From assembly GCF_009914755.1 (NCBI RefSeq), contig NC_060947.1: DNA of 64,000 bases. One strand, 5' to 3'. The notes under the pieces are model-generated. The model was not told the origin of the DNA. It searched no databases and worked only from the letters and a program-made list of their open reading frames with translations. The first letter of the stretch is position 1; every line of letters starts with the position of its first letter. The position numbers and the translations under genes are program-made. Positions 40,900-54,199 of this stretch are shown in pieces. Origin of the DNA: the human T2T-CHM13v2.0 reference genome, Homo sapiens.

Positions 40900-41052
40900 A
40901 ACTTCAAATATCTCACCACAGTGAATTATGGGTAAGGTGATAATATGTTTAATTAGCTTGATTTAATCATCCCACACTGTATACATATGCCAAAATATCA
41001 TTTTGTATGCCATAATATATATGATTTATGAATTATAGTAATATTAATAAAA
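40900..41052 (+). mobile_element. L1MA-type 3' end fragment
   Basis: ggtgataatatgtttaattagcttgatttaatcatcccacactgtatacatatgccaaaatatca resembles the L1MA 3' terminus. Confidence 0.7.
41046..41051 (+). terminator. Distal polyadenylation signal AATAAA
   Basis: AATAAA followed by a T-rich stretch; a site in this region is needed for transcripts using the 40344 exon. Confidence 0.55.
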
Positions 41053-42682
41053 GTGTTAAAGCTTTTTCTCTCTTGACAATGCTTGCTTTTTAAGATTATG
41101 GCCTGCTACAGACTAGGAAAAAGTCCTGCTCATGGTGCTAAGTGTTTAATATTGACACTATCTTTTTTTCTCTCATAATCCTAATCCCCTCCCTTAACAC
41201 ACACACACAGAAACACACACACACACACACACACAGAGCACATGTAAACAATGAGGGAAATGGGTACATATAGCTAAATATGGGGAAGGTTATAAATGGG
41301 TAAATATTAAAAAATAAAAGCACATTAGTATTTTTCAGATATTAGCCCCTTGACATAAACATCTATTAAAGATCTACTGTGTTTAGGACCCTAGTGATAT
41401 ACACTAATTAAAACTAAGTTTATGAAATTTGTACCAAATCCAAGCCTATAAAATTTGGATTATATTTTAAGTGATGGAGAATCAGAATTAAATGGCCTCG
41501 CCTACACAAAAGCCACCTGAGTTTGCCAAATTTACATTTCATCTAAGGCCATGGAGACCTTCCTTTAAATAGCCCTGTTTCATATGTTAAATTCAGTTTA
41601 TAGCTGGGTGGTTAAAAAAGCCTAACTTGACCAGAGCTAATTATATCTTACCAGAATGGGAACACATGAATTCTGGCCATCAAATCACAATTAGTCTTAT
41701 TTTAAAATAAAGCTGAAAGATAATATCATATGGAGATCTTTGAAAGTCATATCTTCACAAAACCACTTAGACTTATTTCAATTTTGTCAAGTCTACATAA
41801 TGAGATGAGGCTGAAAAGCCAGTCAGGCTGAGCAAGTTCATATGAATTCATAGAACCATCCTGGCTAATCCAATGCATAGTGAGTTGCCCAATTGAGAGA
41901 ACATCTGAGCCAGTAGACACAGACAATTCTCCTCCTCTAAACTATAATCTCTCACATGAATTTTAGTTTTATTCATTATAGTATCCCCAGTGTCTGTCCA
42001 GATTCTAATACAAAATTGGTATTCAGTAAATAATTGTGGAAAAAATGAATGAATAGATTTTTGATGGCGTCAAAGACCGGGTATTTTATGAGAATGGGAT
42101 TCAAATAACAGCACTGGAAACATGGCCAAATAAGTAAAGGCAGAGGTCTGTCTCTCTGATTCTATCCACAAATATATACACACATTAAAAACACAGAGAG
42201 ATGAGATAACACAAAATTTAGGTACATAGCTACACTCCATAGAAATAAAGGCAAATCTTTAGATGCTAGAAATCAGAGGGAACTTAGAAAACAATAATAA
42301 ACTCAGATGGTAATAGAGATCATCTTGGAGTTAATGAACTTAGTTATAACCACCAAGGGCAAAGATTTTAATACCAATGTGTAGACAAGAATCATTAAGG
42401 TCTTGAGACTTGGTCTTGAGACATGGTCTTGAGACTTCTCCTAGGTGAAGAAAGCCAGGAACATCCAGAAATGGACACTTTAAATACTTAAAAATTCACT
42501 GGGGAGGTAAAGTAGCAGATGACGCACAAATAAGAAGATAATAAACTGGAGGGAAAGCCTGAGTACACTACACAGAGTACAGCACAAAACGTTTAATAAT
42601 GGGAAATATATAAAAAAAAGAGGAGTAGAAGATAGAACGAGATGGTCACATTTGAGATTCTTCACATTTAAAAGCACATTGA

Positions 42683-43350
42683 TCTTGCAAAACTGACTAA
42701 AGTTTATATGGAGAAGCAAAATACCCAAAATAGTCAACACGAAATTAAAGAACAAAATTGGAGGACTGGCACAACCCAACTACAACTTACTATAAAGCTA
42801 CAGTAATCAAGAGAGTGTGAAATTGGCAAAATAGCGGACAAATAGATCAATGGGACAGAATGGACACCTTATAAATAGACCCACATAAATATAGTTAACT
42901 GATCTTTGACCAAGGACCAAAGGCAACACAATGGAAAAAAGATGGGCTTTTCAACAAATGGTGCTGGAAAACGAGACATCCATATTTAAAAAATGAATCT
43001 AGACAGACATTACACTCTTCATAAAAATTAATTTAAATTTGATCACAGATCTAAATGTAAAGTGTAAACCTAAAATCTCCTAAAAGATAACATAGGAGAA
43101 ACTTTAGATCACCTTGGGTTTGGTAATAACTTTTTAGATACAACATTAAAGACATAGTCTATGAAAGAAAGACTTGATAAGTTGAAGTTCATTGAACTCA
43201 AAAACTTTGCTGTGTAAAATACACTGTCAAGAGAATGAAAGGAGAAGCCGCAGACTGGGAACAAATATTTGCGAAAGGCGTGTCTGATAAAGGACAGTTA
43301 TCCAAAATATACATGGAAATCAACAATAATAAAACAAACAACCTGAACAG
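42683..43350 (+). mobile_element. L1M ORF2 fragment
   Basis: ctgatctttgac..., aaatggtgctggaaa, WEQIFA motif. Confidence 0.8.
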
Positions 43351-43354
43351 ACAC

Positions 43355-44430
43355 TGTCTTAGCTTGGGCTTCCATACCAAAAATACCATAGATAGGTTAG
43401 TTTATAAGCAACAGAAATTTATTTTGTGTTTTAGACTGCCAATTTCTCTTTGTATCTTCACAAAGTGAAGAGCAGAAAGGACATTCTTTCAAGATTCTTA
43501 GAAATTTATTAATCCCATTCATGAGGGTTCTGCTCTCATTTAATCCTAATTACCCTCCAAAGGCCTCACCTTCCAATATCATCGTGTTGGGGGTGGGAAC
43601 AGTCTCAACATAGGAATTTGGAGGGGCACAAACATTCGGTCCATAACATTCACCTCCTTAATCCCCCCAAATCATGTCCTTCTCATATGCAAAATACATT
43701 AATCCATTCCAACAGTCCCAAAACTCTTAACTGTTTCCAGAATCAACTCAAAAGCCTAAATTCCCATGTTTCATCTAAATATCTAAATCAGATATGGGTG
43801 AGACTCAAGGTATGACTTATTCTTTTTTTTTTGAGACAGAGTCTCGATCTTTCACCCAGGCTGGAGTGCAGTGGCATGATCTCAGCTCACTGCCACCATG
43901 CCAGGCTAACTTTTGTACTTTTAGTAGAGACGGGGTTTCAACCATGTTGGCCAGGCTGGTCTTGAGCTCCTGACCTCGTGATTCCCCCACCTCGGCCTCC
44001 CAAAGTGCTAGGATTGCAGGCATAAGCCACCATGCCCGGTAAGGTATGACTTATTGTACAGCAAATTTGCCTTCAGCTGTGAACCTATGAAACCAAACAT
44101 GTTAATTTGCTTATAAAAATATAACAATGGGACAGGCATAGGAGAGAGTCCCATTCTGCTATGGAGAAGTAGGAAAGAAAAACAGGAGTGACAGGTCATA
44201 AGTTCAAACTATAAGGGAAACTCCATAAGATTTTAAGGCTCAGGAATAAACCTCTTTGGCTAGATGCTCTGCCCTCCAGGCCCAACAGGGTTGGAGGTAC
44301 CAACATCAATACACACTGGGGCAGACGTCTAACCTTCTGGATCCACTGGAGCAAGGGTTCCCACCTTTTAGACTCTCTCGCGTGATGGTCCTGTCCCCAC
44401 AGCTTTGCTTGGCAAGGGTTTGGTTTCTAA
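43355..44430 (-). mobile_element. MLT1 LTR (43355-43648) plus internal fragment
   Basis: TGTCTTAG...CCATAACA LTR followed by MaLR-int sequence (aatcatgtccttctcatatgcaaaatacatt). Confidence 0.7.
43822..44040 (-). mobile_element. AluS with an internal deletion in the right arm
   Basis: Perfect TSD AAGGTATGACTTATT at 43807-43821 and 44041-44055. Confidence 0.9.
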
Positions 44431-44439
44431 GGCCCAATA

Positions 44440-44725
44440 TTTTATGATACTATTTATATTAATGTTCAGAATAGGAAAATCTATAGAGACTTAAAGTAGA
44501 TTAATGGTTTGCTAGGGCTGGAGATGAGGGCTGGCAGGAAATAGGAAATGAGTGACTATTTAGGTTTATGGGGTTTCTTTTCATGGTAATGAAAATGTTC
44601 TAAACTAAGATTGTGGTTATGGTTACACAACTCTATGAATATAATTTTCAAAACATGGATTCTAAAATTTCAGTGGATGAATATTATGCTGTAGGAATTT
44701 ATATTTAAGTAAAAATATGAAAAAG
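44440..44725 (+). mobile_element. Old L1M 3' end
   Basis: aatgttcagaataggaaaatctatagagac...gaaaatgttctaaactaagattgtggttatggttacacaactct. Confidence 0.7.
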
Positions 44726-44765
44726 TAAAAATTGTACCATGTCTCACATTGCAACCCCAAGGATA

Positions 44766-45118
44766 TTTTTTCTTTTCTTTCTTTATTTTTTGTTGTTGTT
44801 GTTGTTGTTTTGTTTTGAAACAGGATCTCACTCTGTCACCCAGGCTGGAGTGCAGTGGTGCAATCGTGGCATCATGGCTCACTGCAGGCTCGACCTCCCA
44901 GGCTCAAGAAATCCTTCTGCATCTGCCTCCCAAGCAGCTGGAACTATAGGCGTGGCACCACCATGCCCAGATAATTGTTTTATTTTTATCTTTTGTGGAG
45001 ATGGGGTCCCACATCTAGACCAGTCCCAGGCTGGTCTAGAACTCTTGGGCTCTGGTAATCCACCCGCCTTAGCCTCCCAAAGTGCTGGGATTACAGGCAT
45101 GAGCCACTGTGTCTGGCC
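44766..45118 (-). mobile_element. AluJ
   Basis: Diverged dimer with (TTG)n tail. Confidence 0.88.
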
Positions 45119-47364
45119 CAGATGTTCTTTTTCTAATTTTTCTGGGAGTCTTAGGCCAAATCCTTAAATGCTAACTTTTTTTTCTCATTAGCCGGACTTG
45201 TTAACTCAGACATCTATGCCAAACATGCTCCAATTTTGTTAGAAGGAAGATACACTTTTTTGCTTTTGCTTGTATAATAGTGTAATGAATTGACATATTA
45301 TCTGGGGTGTTCTTTATTTCTCTGAATTTATTCTTATCCTGTAACCATCTCTAATCTGGCCCATTATAGCCCTACTCAGGAGTTGTAAGACTAAAATCTT
45401 ACATCATAAATTCAAAGATCACTAATTATGGTATAAGAAAAAAATATTTAACAGGAGGGTGTGTTAAGTCAGAAGATTTTTCCTGGTTCCCCACTAAGAC
45501 TGGATAAAGATACCACGGGCTTGGAGGGAAAGACTCTTGGGCAGAAAGTTGATAATAAAGCAAGAAAGACATGAGTGAATGTTGGGTGTGTGGAGACGTT
45601 TGCCATGTACCCACTTTCTTCAACTCACTCCTAGGAGCAAATAGAAGCCCCAGATAGGGCTAAGGATCCCAGAAGAGGGAATATGTACACCACCTTCTTT
45701 TCAAAGATGATACCTGCAAAGATAGCAAGTTTCAATACCATGAAGTAGTTGTAAATCAGAAATAACTATGTAGTATGTCTAGGTCCAAAAGGGCTGAAGA
45801 TAACCTGTGTCTGCCATGACCATAAATCGGGTACATAAGTGTTCATGAGTTCATGGATTACTAAAAGAGGCATGGAAACTACCAATGGACCTGCAGGATG
45901 GTCTTGTGGAGGTAAAAATTATGTGGCTAATGCAGAGGATATGGAAGGAAACATAAAGTTGGCAAGCAGATGAGGAGGCCTTTACCTTTCTGTAGATGTC
46001 ATGACAGAAACAGAGCACACTGAATAACCAGATAGAATAGGTTGTTTGTTAAAACAGATAAGACACTATGATTCCACTTTTGTGAATTTTTAAAACTCAC
46101 CATATGTGTATGTAAAAGTAGAAAACAATTGACTTGAAGGATGCACATTACCCTCATGGTAGTGGTTGGCTCTTTTACAAAAGAAAGACTTAAAAAAGTA
46201 TGGCAAAATGTTAACACATACATAGTGGTGTAAGTTTTTAATATCTAGTAGTCTATTTTCTGAGGAATAAGTTAGACAAAACCTATAAATCTTAACAGAA
46301 AAAAATAACTAAATTTTTTGTCATGAATTGAAAAATCACAAATAAGTAATTGCACGTGTGTAGTAGGTACAATTCTTATTCCATAAAGTCACATTATATT
46401 TCTTTATTTTCTAAAAGGTAGATAAATTTCTACTCGGAGTAAATAAAATTATACTCTCAAGTTTCTAGTTTCCCTGTATACAATCCTTAACCATCCCCTC
46501 TGAGGTTTAGCCACCTCTGTCATTCCTCTCTGATGGAGCAAATTCAGGTGGCAGTACCTCTGTACCTCTTGTAGTTTGGGATGCAAGGTTGGTTCAACAT
46601 ACACAAATCAATAAATGTGCTTTATCACATAAACAGAACTAAAGACAAAAACCACTTAATTATCTCAATAGATGCAGAAAAAGCTTTTGATAAAAATCGA
46701 CACTGCTTCATGTTAAAAACTCTCAAAAAAACTAGGTATTTAAAAAACATACCTCAAAATAACAAGAGCCATCTATGAAAAACCCACAGCCAACATCATG
46801 CTGAATAGGCAAAAGCTGGAATCATTCCCCTTGAAAACCAGCACAAGATAAGGATGCCCTCTCTCACCACTTCTATTCAACATAGTATATTGGAAGTCCT
46901 GTCAAGGGCAATCAGGCAAGAGAAATAAATAAAAGGCATGCAAACAGAATGAGAGGAAGTCAAACTATCCCAGTTTACAAATGACAGGATCCTGTATCTA
47001 GAGAACCCCTTAGTCTCAGCTCAAAAGCTTCTTAAGCTGATAAACAACTTCAGCAAGTCTCAGGATACAAAATCAATGTGCAAAAATCGCTAGCATTCCT
47101 ATACACCAACAACACTAAGCCAAGAGCCAAAGCAGGAATGAACTTCCATTCACAATTGCCAAAAAAAGAGAATAAAGTATGTAGGAATACAGCTAACTAG
47201 GAAGGTGAAAGATCTCTACAAGGAGATCTACAAAACACAGCTCAAAGAAATCAAAGATGAAACAAACAAACGGAAAAGCACTCCATGCTCATAGACATGA
47301 AAAATCAGTATCATAGAAAAAACTATTTTAAAATTCATATGGAACAAAATAAGAGCCTAAATAT

Positions 47365-47862
47365 TGTTAGGAATAATGCTCAAAATCCTAAGGAAATTGA
47401 ACACTCGAACAAAGGATTCTTAGCAAAGCAATTTTACTTCTGCGCAAAGGGGTGCCTTCTTGGCCAGTCGCCATGAGAGCACACTTGAACAAGGGGCATG
47501 AGAGCCTTTATTCCTGGCGCAAGTCCTGCCCCAGTACACTTTCCCCATTGGCCGGGATTGGGTCTTACAATCTAAACTAATCCCGGTTGGCTAAACATTT
47601 GAATGTTTTTAGATAAGGTGGGCACATAAAAGAAAGAGAGAGAAAGGGGAAGGGGTGTCTGTAGTGAGCTAGAAAGTTAGTCTTCTTTCCAAGTAAGGAA
47701 AGGAATGTGAGCTGGTACTGATAACGCCTGGTACTGTGGCATGCCTGGGCATCTAATAAAGGCAGAAAGGAAAAAGGAGAAAAAGGGGGGGAAAATAGGG
47801 GGGATACCATGAATTAAAAGATTGATCAGGCTATTTGAAGAGAAACCTCATCATATCCCACA
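47365..47862 (-). mobile_element. ERV1 solo LTR (LTR15-like)
   Basis: TG...CA termini interrupting contiguous L1 sequence; minus strand begins TGTGGGATATGATGAGGTTTCTCTTCAAAT. Name from memory. Confidence 0.7.
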
Positions 47863-48201
47863 AAATCCAAGGTAATTCTAAGCAAAAAGAACAAAGCTGG
47901 AGGCATCACACTACCAGACTTCAAACTATACTACTGGGCTACAGTAACCAAAATAGTATGGTAGTGGTACAAAACAGACACATAGACCAATGGAACAGAA
48001 TAGAGAACCCAGAAATAAGGCTGCACACCTACAACTATCTGATCTTCAACAACCTGACAAACACAAGCAATGGGGAAAAAATTGCCTGTTCAATAAACAG
48101 TGCTTGGATAACTGGCTAGCCATATGCAGAAGATTGAAACTAGACCCCTTTCTTACACCATAAACAAAAATTAACTCAAGATGGTTTAAAGACTTAAATG
48201 T

Positions 48202-48751
48202 TTTATTAGTCAGGGTTCTCTAAAGGGACAGAACAAATATGATGTGTGTGTGTATGAAGGGGAGTTTATTAGGAGAACTGACTCACACGATCATAAGGTG
48301 AAGTCCCACAATAGGTCACCTGCAGGCTGAGGAGCAAGGAAACCAGTCCAAGTCCCAAAACCTTAAAAGTAAGGAAGCCAACGGTGTGGCCTTCAGTCTG
48401 TGGCCAAAGGCCCAAGAGCCCCTGGCAAACCGCTGGTGTTAAGTCCAAGAGTCCAAAGGCTGAAGTACTTGGAGTCTGTTGTTTGAGAGCAGGAAGTATC
48501 CAGCACGGGAGAAAGATGAAGACTGGAAGAATCAGCAAGTCTCTTCATTCCACTTTTGTTCTGCCCACTTTATTCTAGCCACTCTGGCAGCTGATTAGAT
48601 GGTGCCCACCCAGATTGAGGGTGGGTCTGCCTCTCCCAGTCCACTGACTTAAATGTTAATCTCCTTTGGCAACACTATCACAGACACACCCAGGAACAAT
48701 ACTTTGCATTCTTCAGTCCAATCAAGTTGACACTCAGTATTAACCATCACA
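48202..48751 (-). mobile_element. MLT2A (HERV-L) solo LTR
   Basis: Minus strand begins TGTGATGGTTAATACTGAGTGTCAACTTGATTGG; TSD AATGT at 48197-48201 and 48752-48756. Confidence 0.88.
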
Positions 48752-50503
48752 AATGTAAAATCCAAAACTATAAAAACCCTGGAAGATAACCTAGGTAATA
48801 CCATTCTGGACATAGGAACAGGCAAATATTTTATGACGAAGACTCTAAAAGCAGTTACAACAAAAACAAAACATGACAAATAGGACCTCATTAAGCTAAA
48901 GAGTTATGCACAGAAAAAGAAACCATCAACAGAGTAAAAAGACAAGCTACAGAATGGGAGTAAGTATTCACTAATTATGCATACAACAGAGGTCTTATAT
49001 CCAGCATCTATTAGGAACTTAAATAAATTTACAAGAAAGAAACAAACAACCCCATTAAAAAGGGGTCAAAGGACATAAACATACATTTTTCAAAAGAAAA
49101 TATACAGGTAGCCAACAATCATATGAAAAAAGCTCAACATCATTGATCATCAGAGAAATGCAAATCAAAACCACAATGAGATGCCATCTCACATCATTCA
49201 GAATGGCTATTATAAAAAGTCAAAAAATAACAGATGCTGGCAAGGTTGCAAAGAAAAAGAAATGCGTATACACTTTTGTTGGGAGTGTAAATTAGTTCAG
49301 CCATTGTGGAAAGCAGTGTGACAACTCCTCAAAGGGCTAAGAACTACCGCTTGACACAGCAATCCCATTACTGTGTATATACTCCAAAGAAAAAGAATCG
49401 TTCTATTATAAAGACACATACACATGCATGTTCATTGCAGAACTATTCACGATAGCGAAGACGTGGAATCAGCCTAAGTGCCCATCAGTGACAAACTGGA
49501 TAAAGAAAATGTGGTACATATACCGACGCAGCCATGAAATGAACAAGATCATGTCCTTTTCAGGGACATTAATGGAGCTGGAGGCTATTATCCTTAGCAA
49601 ACTAATTCAGGAACAGAAAACCAAATACTACATGTTCTCACTTATAAGTAGGAGGTAAACAACAAATCTCCATGACACAAAGTTGATCCATATAACAAAC
49701 CTGCACATGTACCCCAAACTTAAAACAAAAGTTAAATTTTTAAAAATTGCAATCAAGTTTCTAACACATGAACTTTGTAGGTTACATTCAAACCATAGCA
49801 TTCCACCCCTGGCTCCCAAAATACATGTCCTTCTCATATACAAAGTATACTCATTCCATCCCAACAAGTCCAAAATACTTTTTAAAAGCACCAACTCAAA
49901 AGTCTAAAGTTTCAGAATAATCTCATTTGAATCCATGCCAAGCACCCTGGTCACACTGGGAGTGCTGGGCACTTGAAGCCTTGGGCAGCCCTGCCCTTAT
50001 TGTTTTTCTGAGCTCGGTCCACCCATAAACTTTCAAAACTTGGAGTCTCATGCCTGCAGCTTTCCCAGGCTGGAGGACTGGAGTTGCACACAGGTGGTGC
50101 TACAATTCTGGGGTCTTTGGGATGGCCCATTCCCATGACTTCCCTAGTCCATGATAGTAGGGGCTCTCTGCAGTGGTCTTTGCCCCTGTAACATGTATGC
50201 TGCAGAGAGTAAGGGATCTTTGCAGCAACTACACCCCTACGACAAGTCTTTTCCTGGGCCCCCTGACCCCCCAGGCTATCTGCAAAATCCTTTGAAATCT
50301 TGGTGGAGATAGCCATGCCCTAACAGCTCTTGCATTCTGCAAGACTGTAGAATTACTATCTAGAATTACAGAGATGCTCTGGGGGAGAAAACAGTATAGT
50401 ATAGTATGTGCAAGTAATTCAAAGAATCTGGTCTATTAGCCACTAGAAGATGACATTGTAACAATATTTACAGTCATTAGGATAGGCCAAACAAGGCTAT
50501 GTT

Positions 50504-50804
<301 letters not shown>

Positions 50805-51734
50805 CAAGGCTATGTTAATTAAAAAAAAAAAAAAGTTAAAACCTAGCTGGCTTACAATATTAGATATTTACTTCTCACTCATGTAGAGTCGAATGAGTGA
50901 GAGGCTGCTAAGGATTACTGCTTGTGTCTTCCAGAGAAGTAGTTTAGCCACACCTGAGCCCATTTAAGACACAGCTTGGGTAGCCAAGGAACACTGTACT
51001 GGAATGTAAGGAGCAGAGTCCCAAGGTGGCTCTGGGCAGTGAACCTGTGGAGGATGCTCCAGGCCCATCCTCCCAAACCATTCTTTTGTTCTAGAACTTT
51101 GGGCCTGTGATGGGAGGAGAAGCATCAAAGATCTTTGAAATGCCTTTAGGATCTTTCTCCCATTGTTTTGCTAAATAACACCTGGCTTCTTTCTATTCAT
51201 GTTAATCTCTTTAGCAAAGGGTTTGGTTCCTTGTCCACACCCTGAATATTCTCTTTCAAATATACTTTTTCACTTTTTACTTGACCAGGCTGTGAATTTT
51301 CCAAATCTTTCTGCTCTGCTTCCTACTTAATTATAAATGACATCTTTAAGTTATTCCTTTTGTCTCACATCTCACTGTATGTGGTTAAAAGTAGTCACAT
51401 AGCTGCCTTAATGCTTCACTGCTTATATATTTCTTCTGGCAGATATTCTAGTTCATGGTTACATTTTGTATTCCATAAAGTCCTAGGACATGAATACAAT
51501 TCAACCAAAGTCTTTGCTACTATATAACAAGGATGGCCTTTACTTTAGTTTCCAATACTTTGTTCCTCATTTTCATATGATACCTCTTTAGAATGGCCTT
51601 TATTATCTATATTTCTACCAGATTTCCGGTCAAAATCACTTAAGTAATCTCTAAGAAGTTCCAGACTTTCCCTACACCTCCCCTCTTCTTCTGAACCCTA
51701 ACTAAAATTGCCTTTAATGCTTCATTCATGGTAA

Positions 51735-52428
51735 TGAGAGGAGGTGCCAGCTGGGCCTCCTGGGTGGAGTAGCGGCTCAGAAAGCTGTGAAACTCACTCA
51801 TTTCCTGGATCAGGGCTTACTTTGGTCCTGGATGAATACTATTGAAGATATATGCTTAAAATATTCCTAACATCAGAATTTGTGCATGTGTTTTCTTCCC
51901 CAAGAAAGCTATAAACAGCGAAACTTTTGCTGTAAGCTTCCCTGTGTCCTCTCTCCCTCTCTCCCTTCCCCATCCCCTGAAACTAAAAGAAATGTTAAAA
52001 GCCCGTTTTTCTGTGACCAGCAGACCTTATCTATGCTCCCAATTCCAGTTCCTTGTAACACAATTTGTAAAATCCTGTGAGATCCTGTCTCCTTTGCCAT
52101 GCCGCTGCAAGGTTATAAAGTAGATAAAACTTAAGTTGCAATTCCGGTTTTCCTCAAGATCTGAGACATGTTAATTGTCTTTGTTTCTCGCTCTGGTAAC
52201 ATCTTCCCACTGCAGGTAGTTCCCGCCTCAAAGAGTTGAAAAGGTGATCGAAAAATCTAACACTGGCTACCCGCTCGGGACCCCTTCCATGCTGTGGGAG
52301 CTTTGTACTGTCACTCTGCTCAATAAAACTACAGCTTTTTTCTCTTGGTCCAATCCGTGTCTGTCTCTCACCGCGGGCTGCCGCCACATATCTTTGGCGT
52401 GGCTAAGGCAAGAACCTTTGGAGTTATA
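51735..52428 (+). mobile_element. ERV1 solo LTR (LTR30-like)
   Basis: TGAGAGGAGGTGCCAGCTGGG start, AATAAA at 52322, 4-bp TSD GTAA at 51731-51734 and 52429-52432. Name from memory. Confidence 0.75.
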
Positions 52429-52694
52429 GTAATACAGATTTTTTCTTGACTACTTCTCCAAATTCTTCCAAAATCTCCCCATTATCCAATTTGAAAGTCA
52501 CTTCCACATTTTCAGGTATTTGTTATAGCAACAGCCCCACTTTTGAGTACTAATTTTATGTCTTAGTACATTTTCTGCTGCCAGAATAGAATACCAGAGA
52601 CTAGGTAATTTATAAAGAACAGAAGTTTATTTGGATCACAGTACAGGAGGTAGAGAAGTTCAAAAGCACGGCACCAACATCGGGCAAAGGTCAC

Positions 52695-53146
52695 TGTCAG
52701 GCCTCTGAGCCCAAGCCAAGCCATTGCATCCCCTGTGACTGCACATATATGCCCAGATGGCCTGAAGTAACTGAAGAATCACAAAAGAAGTGAATATGCC
52801 CTGCCCCACCTTAACTGATGACATTCCACCACAAAAGAAGTGTAAATGGCCGGTCCTTGCCTTAAGTGATGACATTACCTTGTAAAAGTCCTTTTCCTGG
52901 CTCATCCTGGCTCAAAAAGCACCCCCACTGAGTACCTTGCGACCCCCACTCCTGCCCGCCAGAGAACAAACCCCCTTTGACTGTAATTTTCCTTTACCTA
53001 CCCAAATCCTAAAAAACGGCCCCACCCTTATCTCCCTTCGCTGACTCTCTTTTCGGACTCAGCCCACCTGCACCCAGGTGAAATAAAGAGCTTTATTGCT
53101 CACACAAAGCCTGTTTGGTGGTCTCTTCACATGGATGCGCATGAAA
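52695..53146 (+). promoter_or_regulatory. HERV-H 5' LTR7 (LTR7up-like)
   Basis: Two ACAAAAGAAGTG blocks (52781, 52831), CCCCACC(C) KLF-type boxes, ends CATGAAA. Confidence 0.9.
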
Positions 53147-53148
53147 TT

Positions 53149-53166
53149 TGGTGCCGTGACTCGGAT
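53149..53166 (+). promoter_or_regulatory. Primer binding site, tRNA-His
   Basis: TGGTGCCGTGACTCGGAT, complementary to the 3' 18 nt of tRNA-His. Confidence 0.95.
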
Positions 53167-53626
53167 AGGGGGACCTCCCTTGGGAGATAAATCCCCCATC
53201 CTCCTGCTCTCTGCTCCATGAGAAAGATCCATCTATGACCTCAGGTCCTCAGACCGACCAGCCCAAGAAACATCTCATCAATTTCAAATCCGGTAAGCGA
53301 CCTCTTTTTACTCTCTTCTCCTACCTCCCTCACTATCCCTCAAGCTCTTTCTCCTTTCAATCTTGCACCACACTTCAATCTCTCCCTTCTCTTAATTTCA
53401 ATTCCTTTCATTTTCTGATAGTGACAAAGGAGACACGTTTTATCCATGGACCCGGAACTCTGGCGCCGGTCACGGACTGGGAAGGCAGCCTTCCCTTGGT
53501 GTTTAATCATTGCAGGGACGCCTCTCTGATTATACACCCATGTTTCAAGGGTGTCAGACCACACAGGGATGCCTGCCTTGGTCCTTCACCCTTAGCGGCA
53601 AGTCCCGCTTTTCTGGGGAAGGGGCA

Positions 53627-54080
53627 AGTACCCCAACCCCTTCTCTCCTTGTCTCTACCCCTTCTCTGCTTTTCCAGGGACAGGGCGAGTACCCCAACCC
53701 CTTCTCTCCTTGTCTCTACCCCTTCTCTGCTTTTCCAGGAACAGGGTGAGTACCCCAACCCCTTCTCTCCTTGTCTCTACCCCTTCTCTGCTTTTCTGGG
53801 AGAGGGGCAAGTAACCATCAACCCCTTCTCCTTCACCCTTAGCAGCAAGTCCTGCTTTTCTGGGGGAGGGGCAAGTACCCCAACCTCATATCTCTGTGCC
53901 CCAATCCCTTATTTCTGCACCCCAACCTCTTATATCTCTGTGCCCCAATCCCTTATTTCTGCGCCCCAACCTCGTATCTCTGCACTCCAATCCCTTATTT
54001 CCATGCCCCAACCTCGTATCTCTGTGCCCCAATCCCTTATTTCCATGCCCCAACCTCTTATCTCTGCACCCCAACCCCTT
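53627..54080 (+). repeat. HERV-H leader tandem repeats (three 61-bp units, then units of about 42 bp)
   Basis: AGTA anchor recurs at 53627, 53688, 53749 and 53810; a CCCCAACCTC/CCCCAATCCC array follows at 53878-54080. Confidence 0.85.
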
Positions 54081-54199
54081 TTCTGGAAGGTAAGAACCCC
54101 CAAACCCCTTCCCTCCATTTCTCTACTCTCTCTTTTCTCTAGGCTTGCTTCCTTCACTATGGGAAACTTCCACCCTCCATTCCTCAGTCTACTCCCTTG

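Larger units (their letters stand above)
37549..41070 (+). other. KLHL4: KLHL4 3' UTR (long form)
   Basis: AT-rich, largely repeat-poor sequence after the stop codon, extending to the distal AATAAA; the end is inferred. Confidence 0.6.
46577..49746 (+). mobile_element. 5'-truncated older L1PA, interrupted by two LTRs
   Basis: ORF2 from MQGWFNI through the C-terminus (MFIAELFTIAKTWNQPKC) and 3' end. Confidence 0.88.

Noticed and set aside
42399-42437. 13-bp tandem repeat GGTCTTGAGAC(T/A)T three times
   Set aside because: Trivial minisatellite.
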